Part shown: one piece after another, positions 12,796 through 26,341 of the stretch
Numbering within the stretch: position 1 is the first letter of the stretch
Layout: the number at the start of each line of letters is the position of its first letter
Assembly: GCF_964213995.1 (NCBI RefSeq)
Contig: NC_135815.1
Coordinates: 11,408,001-11,472,000 of the forward strand
Length of the DNA stretch: 64,000 bases
Origin: Mustelus asterias
Lineage: Eukaryota
Reading direction: 5' to 3'
Notes under the pieces: model-generated
What the model saw: only the letters and a program-made list of their open reading frames with translations
Databases searched by the model: none
Told to the model about the DNA's origin: nothing
Position numbers and translations under genes: made by a program

Positions 12796-13753
12796 AGAAG
12801 ATGCAGAAAAGATTCATGAGAATTATTCCAGGGATAAGAAACTTCATTTATGTGAGTAAATTGCAAAAGCTAGGGCTGAGAACAGAAGATTTGAGAGAAG
12901 ATTTGATAGAGGTGTTCAATATCATGAAGAGCCTAGGCAGGTAGATGGGAAGAAACTTTTCTCATTTGTGCATTGGTAGAAGGATCATGGACAAGAGGAC
13001 ATCGATTTAAGCTGATTGGCAAAAGAATCAATGCCTCATGGTGAAAGTCCTATTTTTGTATTTTACACAGCCGGTGATTAGGATCTTGTATGCATTGCCT
13101 GAAAATGTGGTGGAGGCAGATTCAGTCACCGCTTTTAAAGAGAGAACTGAGTCCTTATCTGAAGAGGAAGAATTTGCAGGGCTGTAGGGAAAAGGCAGGG
13201 AGTGACACAGGTGAATTGCTCTTGTATGTGCTGGCTCTCTACATGACATGCTGAATGGTCTCCTTCTGTATCGTAACCATTCTGTGATTCAACTATATTT
13301 ATTATGAACAATAGCGTACTACATTTTTATATTATACCCCAGAAAGCATTTATAATTTGGGCCAAATTAATTATGCGAGACACCTGAAAACTCTAATTTC
13401 TTGGAGCAAAGGCAAAATAAATCTTATGAAATGTCTGAATAATGAATACAGGGTTAGTTACTAACTCACTGTACCCAATGCTACACATATCTTTTTGAAA
13501 CCTATAGTTGAATACAGGGTTAGTTACAAAATTAACAGATTTTATGACTGGAGTTGCTCCAGTTGACTTAATCCTTTTCATTTGGTACTTCTATGACTCA
13601 TTAAACTGCAGTTGTAAACCACAGGTACAAATTTGACCAGCATTTAAGCCAAGACTGAATTAATCATTTATTTCAAAACAACAAGTAGATTCAGAATCAT
13701 GAATGGATTTGCGCTAGCCAAGTATTTTTTTAAAAATAAACAGAACAACATAC

Positions 13754-13848
13754 CAGGATTTTTTCTGTATCAAGGGACAGTACTGGTTCACATGGTGGAG
13801 CTCCACTGGGCACACAGTCAGTGTCTTCAGGATTCAGAAATGAAGACT
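13754..13848 (-). CDS. TTC13: TTC13 exon 2
   Basis: ttttag|...|gtatg, 95 nt, (E)SSFLNPEDTDCVPSGAPPCEPVLSLDTEKIL; resembles human ESSFLNFHDSDCEPKGSSPCDSLLSLNTEKIL. Confidence 0.93.
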
Positions 13849-14779
13849 CTAAAACATTAAGCAAAACAAATCTTTCATGGGGTCACAAAACATTAACCCT
13901 TTTCCTCTTTATTTTTGCAATCTTAACCTCAGCCTTCAGTCCGGTGATGGGTACATAACTGAAACATCATAATCTGTCTTAATTTTGAGTGCTGGCTGAT
14001 TTGCCGCACAATTCCAACATTCTCGGTTTTCATTTTGAACTTTGTTTTTTTTTAAATCCCACTATATTTTAAATATTTGTTCCATGGGTTACTTAGATGA
14101 ATGAAGTTTCACAGGACCACTGGGATGATAAAATAGAATTGTGGCTATGTAAATATGGAAAAACTTGTTAGATAAAGTCATTACAGAGGTATAACAGAGG
14201 GTAATTTACATCTAATTTGATTAAGGAAACCAGAGCTCATGAATCAGGCCCATAGCTGTACTAGCAGCTAGCTTCATTGTCAGACTTTAGGCAAATACCT
14301 TTTTGCCCCTGATTGTTCATGTGGACATTAAAGATCTTATGATACTAACTGAAGACTGGAGAGATCTAGTTTCCCTCTTCGACCAATATTGCATTGCCTC
14401 CGATGGGACACTGTTGTTACATAATGGATGTCATGTTGTTCTGCATAAAATGTCACTGCAAAACAATTAATTGTGTGGCACAATTCAAGCTGTTCTATTT
14501 TTTCATCTTTTCTTAAGATGATAGTGATGCAAAGATATTTTTCTGAAGTATAGCAATGAGCTAAGTGCACACAGTAATATTATTTTGAATAGTCAAAGCA
14601 ACGAACATACACTAAACAACATTTCCAAAGGATAGGCATTAACATTTAAATATATTTGTTTATATCTGAAGATTTTGCATTGATACATTGCCACATCACA
14701 TAAGTGAAAAAACTTTATTGTCGCCTCATATGTGAAAAGACATTGTAGCAAATGAACTAACAAAGTGTAATCAGTAACA

Positions 14780-15420
14780 TGTAATGATAGAATGGTAACA
14801 GCACAGATAGTGGCCATTTGGCCGAACACATCCATGCCATCTCTCTTTATGAGCTATCCAGCTCGTCCCATATTCTGCCTGTTTACTGTATCCTTGCATA
14901 TTTTCTCTTAAGATATTTAACTAATTCCCTTTGAAAGCCATGATTAAATATGCCTTCATCACATTTTCAGGCAATGTATTCTCAATCCTAACCACATGCT
15001 GTGTAAAAAAGTCACCTCTGGTGCTTTTGCCAATCACCTTAAATCTGTAGCCTTTGGTTCACAATGCTTCTGATCTCCTCGCAGAACAGCCTAGCTTTTC
15101 CAATCTATCCATGTAACTTGAGGTCTCTCATCCCTGGAATGATTTTCATATTTTTTCCATTGCATTCTCATAAGTGCCTTCACATTCATCCTATACTGTA
15201 GTGCCCAGAATTGGACACAATATATCATTTGAGGCTGAACCAGTGTCATAGAAACTTTCACTAAAGAACAAAGAAAATTACAGCACAGGAACAGGCCCTT
15301 CGGCCCTCCAAGCCTCCACCGACCATGCAGTTCAACTGAACTAAAACCCCCTACCCTTCCGGGGACCATATCCCTCCATCCCCATCCCACTCATGTATTT
15401 GTCAAGACGCCCCTTAAAAG
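14780..15420 (-). mobile_element. CR1 3' fragments (two abutting copies)
   Basis: YCVQFW remnant in ORF 15091-15390; CR1 3' UTR GGGCCGAAGGGCCTGTTCCTGTGCTGTAA on the minus strand. Confidence 0.75.
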
Positions 15421-15879
15421 ACGTACTTGATATTGATCTAAGGTTGAAAATTATAACAGGACACTTAATAGCCTCATCAACTCCAAGTGTGATCCTTGTT
15501 GGAATGAAAGAAGTGTGGCAGCCAATTTACACACAGCAGCTGCAACAAACAGCTGGATAATTTGCTGGCTGAGGAATAAATATTGGTCAGACCACCAAGG
15601 AGAACTCCTGTGGATATCTACGTTCAAGTGACAGGGCAGAGTTAATGTCTCCGCTGAAAGTGCAGTAAATCCACTGGGAGTGTCTTCTTAGATTTTATGC
15701 TCTTGTCCCAGGGTGAGACTTGAAGAATGCAGAACTACAGGTTTGAAGATAGATTGATATACAGTTTGTTTCTGGACTGCCAAAAGTTTGATGAAACACA
15801 GACATTATCATAACTGAAAAATTTCCAAACTATTGAGAAATCCTTGCAGGCATCTGGAGTATGTCCGCCTTTTCATTGT

Positions 15880-16650
15880 CAATACTGCGATAGGAATATA
15901 GGAGTAGGCCGTTCAGCCCATCAAGGGGCGGCACGGTGGCACAGTGATTAGCACTGCTGCCTCACCAGCACCAGGGACCCGGATTTGATTCCTGGCTCGG
16001 GTCACTGTCTGTGTGGAGTTTGCACATTCTCCCCATGTCTGCGTGGGTTTCCTCCGGGTGCTCCGGTTTCCTCCTACAGTCCAAAGATGTGCAGGTTAGG
16101 TGGAATGCCCATAATAAATTCTCCCTCAGTGTACCCGAACAGGTGCCGGAGGGTGGCAACCAGGGGAATTTCACAGTAACTTCATTGCAGTGTGAATGTA
16201 AGCCTACTTGTGACGAAAAAGAACAAGCCTGCCCTGCCATTCAATACTTTCATGGCCTATCATCCATTTCAATGCCTTTTTTCAAACTATCCTCTTATCC
16301 TTTAACGTCATTGACAGTTGCCGAAACATCAATATTTAGTTTAAACATATTCAATGATTGAGCTTCCACAGCCCCCCGAGATAGAGAATTCCAAATATTC
16401 ACAACCATCTGAGTGAAACATTTGAATACAATTGAAGCAAAACTTCACCACTCAGGTATTCAATCCTCTCGTGATAAATACTAACATGCCATTAATCTTC
16501 CCAATTGCTTGATACAGCAGCATGTTGGCCTTCAGTAACTTATTGACAAGGGCACAAAGGTCCCTTTGCATATCTACGCTTCCAATTCTCTTACCATTTA
16601 AGAAATACTCTGCACATCTGTTCCTCCTTCCAAAGTGGATAACCTTTCAG
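15880..16650 (-). mobile_element. Degraded CR1 fragment hosting a SINE
   Basis: Antisense CR1 3' end at 15890 and an antisense VIHFGR..AEYFLNG-type remnant near 16590-16645. Confidence 0.65.
15926..16215 (+). mobile_element. HE1-like V-SINE, tail B
   Basis: Full head GGGCGGCACGGTGGCACAGTG, V-domain, tail B. Confidence 0.9.
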
Positions 16651-16659
16651 TTTTCTGCT

Positions 16660-16950
16660 GCGGTTAGCACTGTTGCCTCACAGCGCCAGGGCCCCAGGTT
16701 AGATTCCTGGCTTCGGTCACTGTCTGTGCGGAGTCTGCATGTTCTCCCCATGTCTGCATGGATTTCCTCCGGGTACTCCGGTTTCCTCCCACAGTCTTAA
16801 AGATGTGCTGGTTAAGTGCATTGGCCATGTTAAATTCTCACTGAGTGTACCTGAACAGGCGCCAGAGAACAGGCGACTAGGAGATTTTCACAGTAACTTC
16901 ATTGCAGTGTTAATGTAAGCCTACTTGTGACACTAATAAATAAACTTGAA
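16660..16950 (+). mobile_element. HE1-like V-SINE, tail B
   Basis: Same body; ends GACACTAATAAATAAACTT. Confidence 0.9.
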
Positions 16951-17154
16951 CTTATCATATTCCATCTTCCATGTTCTTGCTCAGACTCACTGGCTGGAAA
17001 TCTACCACCTCGTCCGCCAGGGAATCGGTGCGGGCGGGGGTCCGACAACGGAAATCTCCTTTGACCTCAGGCGGGAATTTCCAGTCTCGCCCAAATCCTG
17101 CCCACTAAATCTGTCCAAATTCTCTTGATGCAACTTTGTATCTTTGTCGTAACA

Positions 17155-17465
17155 TGGCGGCACAGTAGCACAGTGGTTAGCACTGCTGCCTCACAGCACC
17201 AGAAACCTGGGTTCGATCCCCAGCTTGGGTCACTGTCTGTGTGGAGTCTGCATGTTCTCCCCGTGTCTGCGTGGGTTTCCTCTGGATGCTCTGGTTTCCT
17301 CCCACAGTCCACAAGGTGTGCTGGTTAGGTGGTTTGGCCATGTTAAATTCTCCCACAGTGCGCCCGAACAGGCACTGGAATGTGGCGACTAGGGGATTTT
17401 CACAGTAACTTCATTGCAGTGTTAATATAAGCCTACTTGTGACAATAATAAATAAACTTCAAACT
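17155..17465 (+). mobile_element. HE1-like V-SINE, tail B
   Basis: Same body; ends GACAATAATAAATAAACTTCAAACTT. Confidence 0.9.
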
Positions 17466-18174
17466 TCAACACCCATTCCCACCTTGCTCTGTGTTATCTG
17501 CAAACTTGGAAATATTACATTTGGATAGAATCTGTGGTTTTAAAGTTGTAGATATTTTCAGACAGACCCCAACTGAAAAGGGAAACAGAGAAAGAAAACT
17601 GGCCCTTTCAGAAAACAAAAATTGAAACATTGGTTGAAAACCAAAAACTTCCAGGGAGATTGAACCAGACAGGATATCATATAAAAGGACACAGATCAAT
17701 CCAAGCTCAGTAAATACTGATGAGTCCATAAGTGCAGTACAGGCAAGCTGAAGAGGCTATACCCAGAAGCTGAGAATAAGTAAATACATAATGGCTAGAG
17801 CTGTCTCAGTTACTCTGACATAACATTAGTGGATCTATGCCATCAGACTGAGGTTCTGCAGATGCATACCATTTTTGGTGAAGATGGTGCCCATGGAACT
17901 CAGATTGATTGTGCTACTGCTGTTGGGAATCAGGCTAAATCCAACAAGATGAAGAATTGAAATTCTTCAAGAGGACTTTTATGACTGAGATTGAGATATA
18001 TATATATGCACAGCCAATTTGTAAGATCTGCATAAAGTGTATCTGCAATTTAATGTGTAATTTATAGTTTGTAAGCGACAACAATTTCCCATGAACTCAT
18101 GTCTAAAACCAAGCATCGAAATGTGTAGCATCAACATATGTTAGAGTGTAGATGGTTATCTAAGATCGTATTTA

Positions 18175-18755
18175 ATGCAGCTGTATAAGGTGCTGGTGAG
18201 GCCACACCCGGAATACTGTGTACAGTTTTGGTCTCCTTACCTGAGAAAGGATATACTGGCACTGGAGGGGGTGCAGAGGAGATTCACTCAGTTGATTCCA
18301 GAGTTGAGAGGGTTGGCTTATTAAGAGAGACTGAGTAGACTGGGGTTATACTCATTGGAATTCGGAAGAATGACAGGAGATCTTGTAGAAACATTTCAAA
18401 TTATGAAGGGAATAGATAATATAGAAGCAGGGAAGTTGTTTCCAGTGGAAACTAGAACTAGGGGGCATGGCCTCAAAATAAGGGGGAGCAGATTCAGGAT
18501 TGAGTTGAGGAGGAACTTCTTCACACAAAAGGTTGTGAATCTGTGGAATTCCCTGCCCAGTGAAGCAGTTGAGGCTACCTCATTGAATGATTTTAGGGCA
18601 AGGATAGATACATTTTTGAACAGCAAAGGAATTAAGGGTTATGGTGAGCGGGCGGGTAAGTGGAGCTGAGTCCACGAAAAGATCAGCCATGATCTTATTG
18701 AACGGCAGAGCAGGCTTGAGGGGCCAGATGGCCTACTCCTGTCTCTGGTTCTTCT
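18175..18755 (+). mobile_element. CR1 3' fragment
   Basis: ORF 18355-18669 (TRGHGLKIRG..F....RRNFFTQKVVNLWNSLP) plus 3' UTR. Confidence 0.9.
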
Positions 18756-21195
18756 GACAGGCAAGAACCTCAGCAAGAAGAATTCAGTGACTATTCGACT
18801 CTTCCAGGTTCCACTGATGTGCCAATAATGACTGGTCAAATAAATACCACCTATGCCCAACTCAGCTCATACTCAACTGAAGCTACAACAGATGATTAGG
18901 TTTGTTACACTCTCCCATCAGTGGACAAGTCAGATAAGAACCATATCAACTCCAGACAGACCATTTATCTAGTTCCCCACCCTCCAATTAAGCTAATAAT
19001 TAGGCTACGACAAGTGCAGTTTGACATGTTCTCTAGGGGCCCAGTGTCAAGGTGGCTTCTGATTGAACCTTCACCCCTGCCTTTTTGCCACAGATTCATC
19101 TCACAACATTGAGATGAAACCTTTCCAAGAATTACTACACCCAGGCAATTAGGATTGGGCTACAAATGCTAACAGTGCTACATTCAAAATCATTATGGTA
19201 TAAATTTGAGGTGCCATGGGAGTGCAGACAAAAGAGCGCTCTTTGTTACTCCTTGTTACTCTTGCACATCTCCTTTCAGTTAGACGTAGGAAGTAAAATC
19301 AAAAGTGTAGCAAGGAGGAAATAAACCTTTCAAAAGCTTCCCATGTCTTTCTCCAGTAGCAGAGGGCAACTCCTAATTTTATGTTTATTTATTTGTGTCA
19401 CAAGTAGGCTTACACTGTAATTAAGTTACTGTGAAAATCCCCTAGTTGCCACACTCCGGTGCCTGTTCGGGTACACTGAGGGAGAATTTAGCATGACCAA
19501 TGCACTAACCGGCACATCTTTCGGTTTTCCCTCAGCTTTTCAGATTAGAGAAGGGAAAATGGTCTGAATTCCCACCCCTCTTGGTTTTCCGGTGAACTTG
19601 CACAACTGACCTATCAACACCTGGCAGACACATCACACACAGAAATAGAGAAACAGCAGAATGAAACTGCACTCCTGAGAAAATGGCTAAGAAAATAACA
19701 TTCCATGGCAGTAAGCTAGAGCCAGCAGTTCCTTTTCTTTGGCAACTGTGAATTTGCATAAAGGAGCTGCATCACTTTCAAAACAATATAATCAATTGAA
19801 TTTGATGTGTTCCAACATTAATCATCATTGTACAAATGATAAATAGTTTGCAAACAATTTTCCATAAATCTGGTGCCTCTTTAAAATAGATGCCACCAAA
19901 CAGGTGGTATCAGTCAATAATAATCCTTCACGATGCAGGAAATAAATAAAATTGGCAAACAGCTGCTATCCTTTCCACATGACAGACAATATTTACAAAC
20001 AGTTACGTTTTCAGTATACTAATAACAGTCACTTGTCTTCTAATAAGACACTGGAGACTAATTTACCATTTGGGACAAAATACAACCCTCCAAACTCTAA
20101 TACAAGCCTAAAGCTAGCCTACAGGCAACTGAAGGCCAAGGTGCAGCAAAGAACCCGCGACCTCAAAAGCAATTGGTGAGTGGAAAGAGTGCAAGAGACA
20201 CAGCAACTCGCCAACAACAACAACGTGCATAGCTTCTTCAACACAATTAAATGATCTATGGTCCAAGTATCCAGGAACCCACCCCACAGAGCCATAATTG
20301 GACAGGCGCTCAAAGACGGAGAGGCAGTCAACGTCTGCTGGAGACAGCACTTCGAGGACCTCCTCAACCAAGACACAGCCTACGATGCAAATGCCCTCGA
20401 CACCATCCCGCAACACACTACCCGCCAGTCTGCCGTGAGGTCGAAAAAGCCATCCCACAGGTGAGAAACAACAAGGCCTCGGGCAGATGGAATCCCCATT
20501 GAGGTATTAAAATGCGGCGGAGCAAATCCACAACCATATCACCCTTGTCTGGAAGGAAGAGAGCATGCCAGGAGATTTCAGATATACCTTAATTGTGACC
20601 ATCTTCAAGAAAGGGGACAGGGCTGACTGCAGAAATGACAAAGGGATTTCCCTACTCTCTGCCACGGAAAAGGCCAATGTGAGAATCCTCCTCAACCGCC
20701 TACTCCCAGTGGCTGAAGAGCTCTTCCCTGAGGCTCAGTGTAGGTTCCACCCATCAAGAGGCACAATGGACATGATCTTCAGCGCACAACAAATCCAGGA
20801 AAGGTGCAGGGAGCACATAGCCTTCTTCAATCTCATAAAGGCCTTTGACTCCGTCAACAGTGAGGGATTGTGAAACATCTTCCTCAAATTTGGCTGCCCG
20901 CAGAAATTCATCCCCATTCTCTGCCTGCTCCATGATGACACACAAGCTGTGATCTCCACCAACAGAATCACCACAGATCCAATACGAGTGCAAACTGGAG
21001 TCAAACAGGGCTGTGTCATCGCACCAATGCTCTTCTTCATCTTTCTCGCTGCAACACTCCACCCTATAACCTTGAAGCTCCCCACTGGAGTGGAGCTAAT
21101 CTACTGGACAAGCGGGAAACTGTTTAACCTCCAATGCCTCCAGACCAGAACCAAGACCACCCCAACTTCTGTCATCAAGCTATAGTACGCAGACA

Positions 21196-23833
21196 CAAGA
21201 ACACAAGAACCAGGGACCTGGGTTCGATTCCCGGCTTGGGTCACTGTCTGTGTGGAGTTTGCACATTCTCCTCGTGTCTGCGTGGGTTTCCTCCGGGTGC
21301 TCCGGTTTCCTCCCACAGTCCAAAGATGTGCGGGTTAGGTTGAGTGGCCATGCTAAAAAAAATTGCCCTTAGTGTCCTGAGATGCGTAGGTTAGAGGGAT
21401 TAGTGGGTAAATCTGTAGGGATATGGGGGTAGGGCCTGGGTGGGATTGTGGTCGGTGCAGACTCGATGGGCTGAATGGCCTCTTTCTGTACTGTAGGGTT
21501 TCTATGATTCTAAGCAGGAGTAGGCCACCAGGCCCCTCAGGACTTCCCTGCCATTCAATACAATCATGGCTGATCTATGCCGGCCTCAATTCCTTTTCTG
21601 GGCCATTTCCCCATGGCCTTCTATTCCTCAATCTAAATATATATCCTTCTCTAATTTGAATACTTCTTATGACCCAGCCTCCACCATCCTTTGGGGCAGA
21701 GAATCCAGAGATTCACCACCCTCTGCGAGAAAAAATTTCTACGCACCTCAGTTTTAAATGACCCGTCCTTTATCGTGTAGCTGTATCCCCTTTTTCGAGA
21801 CTCGCTAGTGAAAACATCTCACCTTTACCCTGTTAAGCCCCCTCAGGATCTTATACATTTGAATAAGGTCACCCCTCACTCTTCTAAATGCTAAGGAATA
21901 CAGACCCAGATTACTTTGTCTCTTTTGATGGGCAATCCTTTCATCCCAGGAATTAGCCTGGTGAATCTCCTTTGGACTGCCTCAACTGTCACAATATCCT
22001 TTTTTAGGTAAGGGGACCAAAACTATATGCAGTATTCCAGCTGAAGCCTCACCAACACCCTACAGAATTGCAACAAATGTATTTTTAAATTCCAACCTCT
22101 TTGCAATAAAGCCGTTTGCCTGAACGACTTGTTAGACTGCCTGGTAGCTTTTAGTGCATGCACTCGATTCATGCAATAGACCACCTAGATCCCTCTGTAC
22201 TTCATTCACCTGCAGTCTCTCTCCATTTAGATAATACTCTGCCTTTTGATTTCTCCTGCCGAAGTGCATGACCTCACACTTCCCCACATTAAACTCCATT
22301 TGTCAGGTTTTCACCCAGTCACCCAATCTATCTATATCCCATGCAGAGTCATAACATCCTCATTACAGCATGCCCTTCCACCCATCTTCGTATCAATGGC
22401 AAATTTGGAAACCTTATACTCTGTTGCTTCTTCCAGGTCATTAATGTAAATAATTGTGGGCCAAGAACTAACCCCTGCGGTACTCCACGAGTTTCATCTT
22501 TCCATTCTGAAAAGGACCCATTTATTCCAACTCTCTGCTTTCTATGTGACAGCTAGTTTTCAATCCATGCTTCCTCCAATTCCATGGACTTTTACTTTAT
22601 GCATCAGCCTCTTACGCGGCACCTTGTCAAATGCCTTTTGGAAATCTAAATACACTACATCTACAGGTTCTCCTCTATCTACTCTCCCTGTTACATCCTC
22701 AAAGAATTGAAGCAAATTTGTCAAACATGATTTAACTTTCATAAAACCATGTTGACAAGGCTTGATTATATTCTGCTTTCCTAAATGATGAGCTATTTCC
22801 TCCTTGAATAGTGACTCCAGCATCTTGCCAATAATAGATACTAAACTAACTGACCTACACTTTCCTACCTTCTGTCTTTCTCCCTTTTTGAACAAGGGAG
22901 TCCAATCTGTTTTCCAATCTTTTGGGTACCTTCCCGAATTTAGCGAGTTATGAAAATTTTCAACCAATGGATCCACTATCTCTGAAGCTACTTCCGTTAA
23001 AATCCTAGCATGCAGTTCATCAGGTCCTGGCAACTCATCTGCCTTTAGCCCTTTGAGATTCTCTAATTATCTCTTGTAATTGGGATTTTTATAAGTTCTA
23101 GCAGGTTATTTGAAATCAGCCCATCTGATATCTTAGGGATACTTGCAATGTCTTCCATGATGAAGACTGATGCAAAATATTTATTTAGCATATGCTCCAT
23201 TTCTTTGTTTGCCGTTATCAATTCACCAGCCTCATTCAGTCGAGGTCCCACATTTACCTTAGCTGCCTGCTTCCTATTTATATTTCCATAGAAACTCTTA
23301 CTGCTTGTTTTTATGCTGCCTGCAAGTTTTCTCTCAAAATTCATTTTCTCCCTTCTTATGAGCCTTTTAGTCTTTTGCTGCTGGATCCTAAAAGCTTCCC
23401 AGTCCTCTGGCCCACCACTATCCCTTGCCACTTTGCATATCCTACTTTCTAATTTAACATTATCCTTGAGCTCCTTTGTTAACCATAGAGCTTGCCTCTT
23501 TCCCATGGAATCCCTCTTTTTGATTGGAATAAACTCCTGCTGAGCATTTTGGACCAGCTGTTTGAATATCTGCCAGTGCTCATCTCCTGACCTGTAGCTT
23601 AGCTTGTTTATCCATTTCATCTTAGACAATGCCTCCCTCATATCATCATAATTGCCCTTATTTAAGTTGAAGACACTGGTTATGGACCTATGGTGTTCAC
23701 CCTCAAACTGTACCTGGAATTCTATCATATTGTGGTCAGTACCCCCTAGGGGATCCTTAACTACACGATCCCTTATCAGTCCTTCTTCATTATACACAAG
23801 CAAATCTAAAATAGCCCGCTCTCTTTTTGTGTG
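21196..23833 (-). mobile_element. CR1 LINE (end of endonuclease plus RT, frameshifted) inserted in the RTE
   Basis: ORFs 23063-23836 (ILDLL...TDHN) and 22560-23033 (QHGF..KSCLTNL, DFQKAFDKVP); (TTCTTGTG)n-type tail at 21196. Confidence 0.92.
21207..21511 (+). mobile_element. HE1-like V-SINE, tail A, 5'-truncated, inserted in the CR1 3' end
   Basis: V-domain plus tail A. Confidence 0.9.
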
Positions 23834-24070
23834 CACACTCTGAGGCTGAGCTACAAACCAACATCACACATTCATCGCGGCATATGAGAGAATGGATCTC
23901 CAACTAAACATCCAGAAAACAAAAGTTCTCTACCAGCCCGCTCCTGCCACACAAAACTGCCCCTCGACCATCAAGATCCATGGTGAGTCCCCAGATAGTG
24001 TGGATCATTTCCCATACCTAAGGAACCTCCTCTTGGCGCGGGAAGACATCAACAATGAAATCCATCATCA

Positions 24071-24860
24071 ATTTGATTTGTCACTTGTATTAGTAAACAG
24101 TGAAAAGTATTGTTTCCTGCACTATGCAGACAAATCATACCATACATAGAGTAGGAAAGGAGATGGTGCATAATGTAGGGTTATAGTCATAGCTAGGGTG
24201 CAGAGAATGATCAACTTAATACGAGGTAGGTCCATTCAAAAGTCTGATGGCAGCAGGGAAGAAGCTGTTCTTGAGTCGGATGGTACGTGACCTCAGACTT
24301 TTGTATCTTTTTCCTGACGGAAGAAGGTAGAAGAGTGTGTGTCCGGGGTGCGTGGGGCCCTTGATTATGCTGGCTGCTTTTCCGAGGCAGTGAGAAGTGT
24401 AGACAGAATCAATGGATGGGAAGCTGGTTTGCGTGATGAACTGGGCTTCGTTCATGACCCTTTGTAGTTTATTGTGGTCTTGAACAGAGCAGGAGCCATA
24501 CCAAGCTGTGATACAACCAGAAAGAATGCTTTCTAATGGGGCATCTGTAGAAGTTGGTGAGAGTCATAGTGGCCACGCCAAATTTCCTTAGCCTCCTGAG
24601 AAAGTAGAGGTATTGGTGGGCTTTCTTAACTATAACATCAGCGTGGAGGGACCAGGACAGGACATTGGTGATCTGGACACCTAGAACACTCTCGACCATT
24701 TACACTTCATCCCTGTTGATGTAGGCTGGGCATGTTCTCCTCTATGCTTCCTAAAGTCAATGGCTGTCTCCTTTGTTTTGCTGACATTGAGGGAGAGATT
24801 ACTGCCTTTGCACCAGTTCATCAGATTCTCTATTTCTTTCAGTACTCCGTCTCATCATCG
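24071..24860 (-). mobile_element. Rex1/Babar-type LINE 3' part
   Basis: LSWSLH...VKKAHQ.LYFLRRLRKFG...LTNFYRC and LLPSGKRY...RLKNSFFPAAIRLLN; (CAAAT)n-type tail; CATCATC at both junctions. Confidence 0.85.
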
Positions 24861-26151
24861 ACTTCAATGCCCCAGTGCAGGCTTCAGATGCCTGAGGAAG
24901 TGCGTTTGAAGACAGAGACCTCAAATCCAGCACAAACGCATGGTCTACAGAGCAGCCGTGGTTCCTGCCCCCCTGTATGCATCGCATCAGAAAAATGGAC
25001 AATGTACAGCAGACACTTCAAATCCTTGGAGAGATATCACCAATGGTGCCTCTGCAAAATTCTACAAATCCACTGGCAGGTTAGGCGTACCAACATGAGT
25101 GTCCTCTCCCAGGCCAACACCCCCAGTATCGAGGTACTGGTCATGCTCAACGAGCTGCATGGATAGGCCACATTGTCTGCATGTCCAACACAAGACTCCC
25201 AAAACAAGCGCTCTAATCCGAGCTCCACAATGGCAAACGATCACTAGGACAGAAGAAATGCTACAAGGACACTCTGAAAGCCTCTCCAAATAAATGCAAA
25301 ACCCTCATCAACATGTGACAATATCCTGCCTGGGAATGCACAAACTGGAGAAGAAGCATCCGAGAAGGTGCTAATCACCTCCAGCGTCACTGGGTGGATT
25401 ACGTGGAGGCCAAGCGTAAACAGTGGAAAGAAAACGTAGAATCCAGAGCACCCCCACCCCACATCAAAAACCTGCCAAACCTATACCATAGTCTGCGGAG
25501 CCAGGATTGGACTATTTAGCCACCACCAAACCCACCTCCCCGGAGTGGAAGCAAGGGATTGACAGACGAATAACTAAAAGATTGCCTTGCCAAAAAAAGA
25601 GAGAATTCCAATTGAACCGTGAAGCCATAATTGACTTTTCTTACCTTTTCATAAAAATCTGAACTCACTATAACTCCCTCCGCCAATCCCTGTAGCTTCC
25701 AATTTCTCTCGTTGCCTGCATAAAGCCTACATGTCTCAACTTTTGATTACCTCCCGTATTTTTCCTATAATTGAGAGTCTCCTGAAAGACCTTGACATGT
25801 TCACTGCATTGAGGGCTAAATCTGTTGTTGCTCTTGCAAGGAATGAGGGAATAAAGCATGCACTAAATTCAGATGTTTTTTGAACAGTCAGATGTCAAGA
25901 CTGTTGGCCATTGTGCACAAAAACATTGCAAACCGTTTATATCAATGTCACCATGCATTTAAAAAAAACTTCAGGGCATTCAGAATACATATTTAAGGAA
26001 ATCTATCAATACAACCCAACCCTGCCTTGGACCCAATCTCCACAGTGACTTAGCAGCTACCTGTCCTGACCGCGGATGCGGAAATCAGAAACAATTCGCA
26101 ATGGGCAAAAAAAAGGACGTGGCAAAAAAAAATAAAAGTCCAGGCTCTCAC

Positions 26152-26341
26152 CGCACTCCACAAAGTCTTCCGAGTTCCCAAATTCAGACTGAGTGACGCA
26201 GCCTTGCTTCTGTACCTGGTTATTATTGCTAAAGGACAAGAGGGAAGAAAAGTACTCGGCCCAGGCCGATCGGCACAACGAAAACAATAAAAGTTGAGCG
26301 ACAACCGCCGCCACCGCCACTCGCTGACTGGCAGCTGCCAT
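26152..26341 (-). CDS. TTC13: TTC13 coding exon 1 (N-terminal hydrophobic signal-like segment)
   Basis: ATG at 26341 reads MAAASQRVAVAAVVAQLLLFSLCRSAWAEYFSSLL...DFVEC, then G|GTGAGA donor (phase 1). The end aligns with ...AECG|ESSFLN of vertebrate TTC13. Lies in a CpG-rich region. Confidence 0.88.

Larger units (their letters stand above)
11490..13290 (+). mobile_element. Degraded CR1 interrupted by a Penelope element
   Basis: RT remnants 11600-12000; C-terminal remnants resume near 12795; 3' UTR to about 13290. Confidence 0.7.
20110..25560 (+). mobile_element. Decayed RTE-clade LINE split by three later insertions
   Basis: Remnants IVTIFKKGDRADC, RGTMDMIF, TGVKQGCVIAP.LF, YAD (near 21190), LNIQKTKVL, and a C-terminal C..RIGLFSH zinc-finger remnant. 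Segments 20110-21195, 23830-24070 and 24855-25560. Confidence 0.88.
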
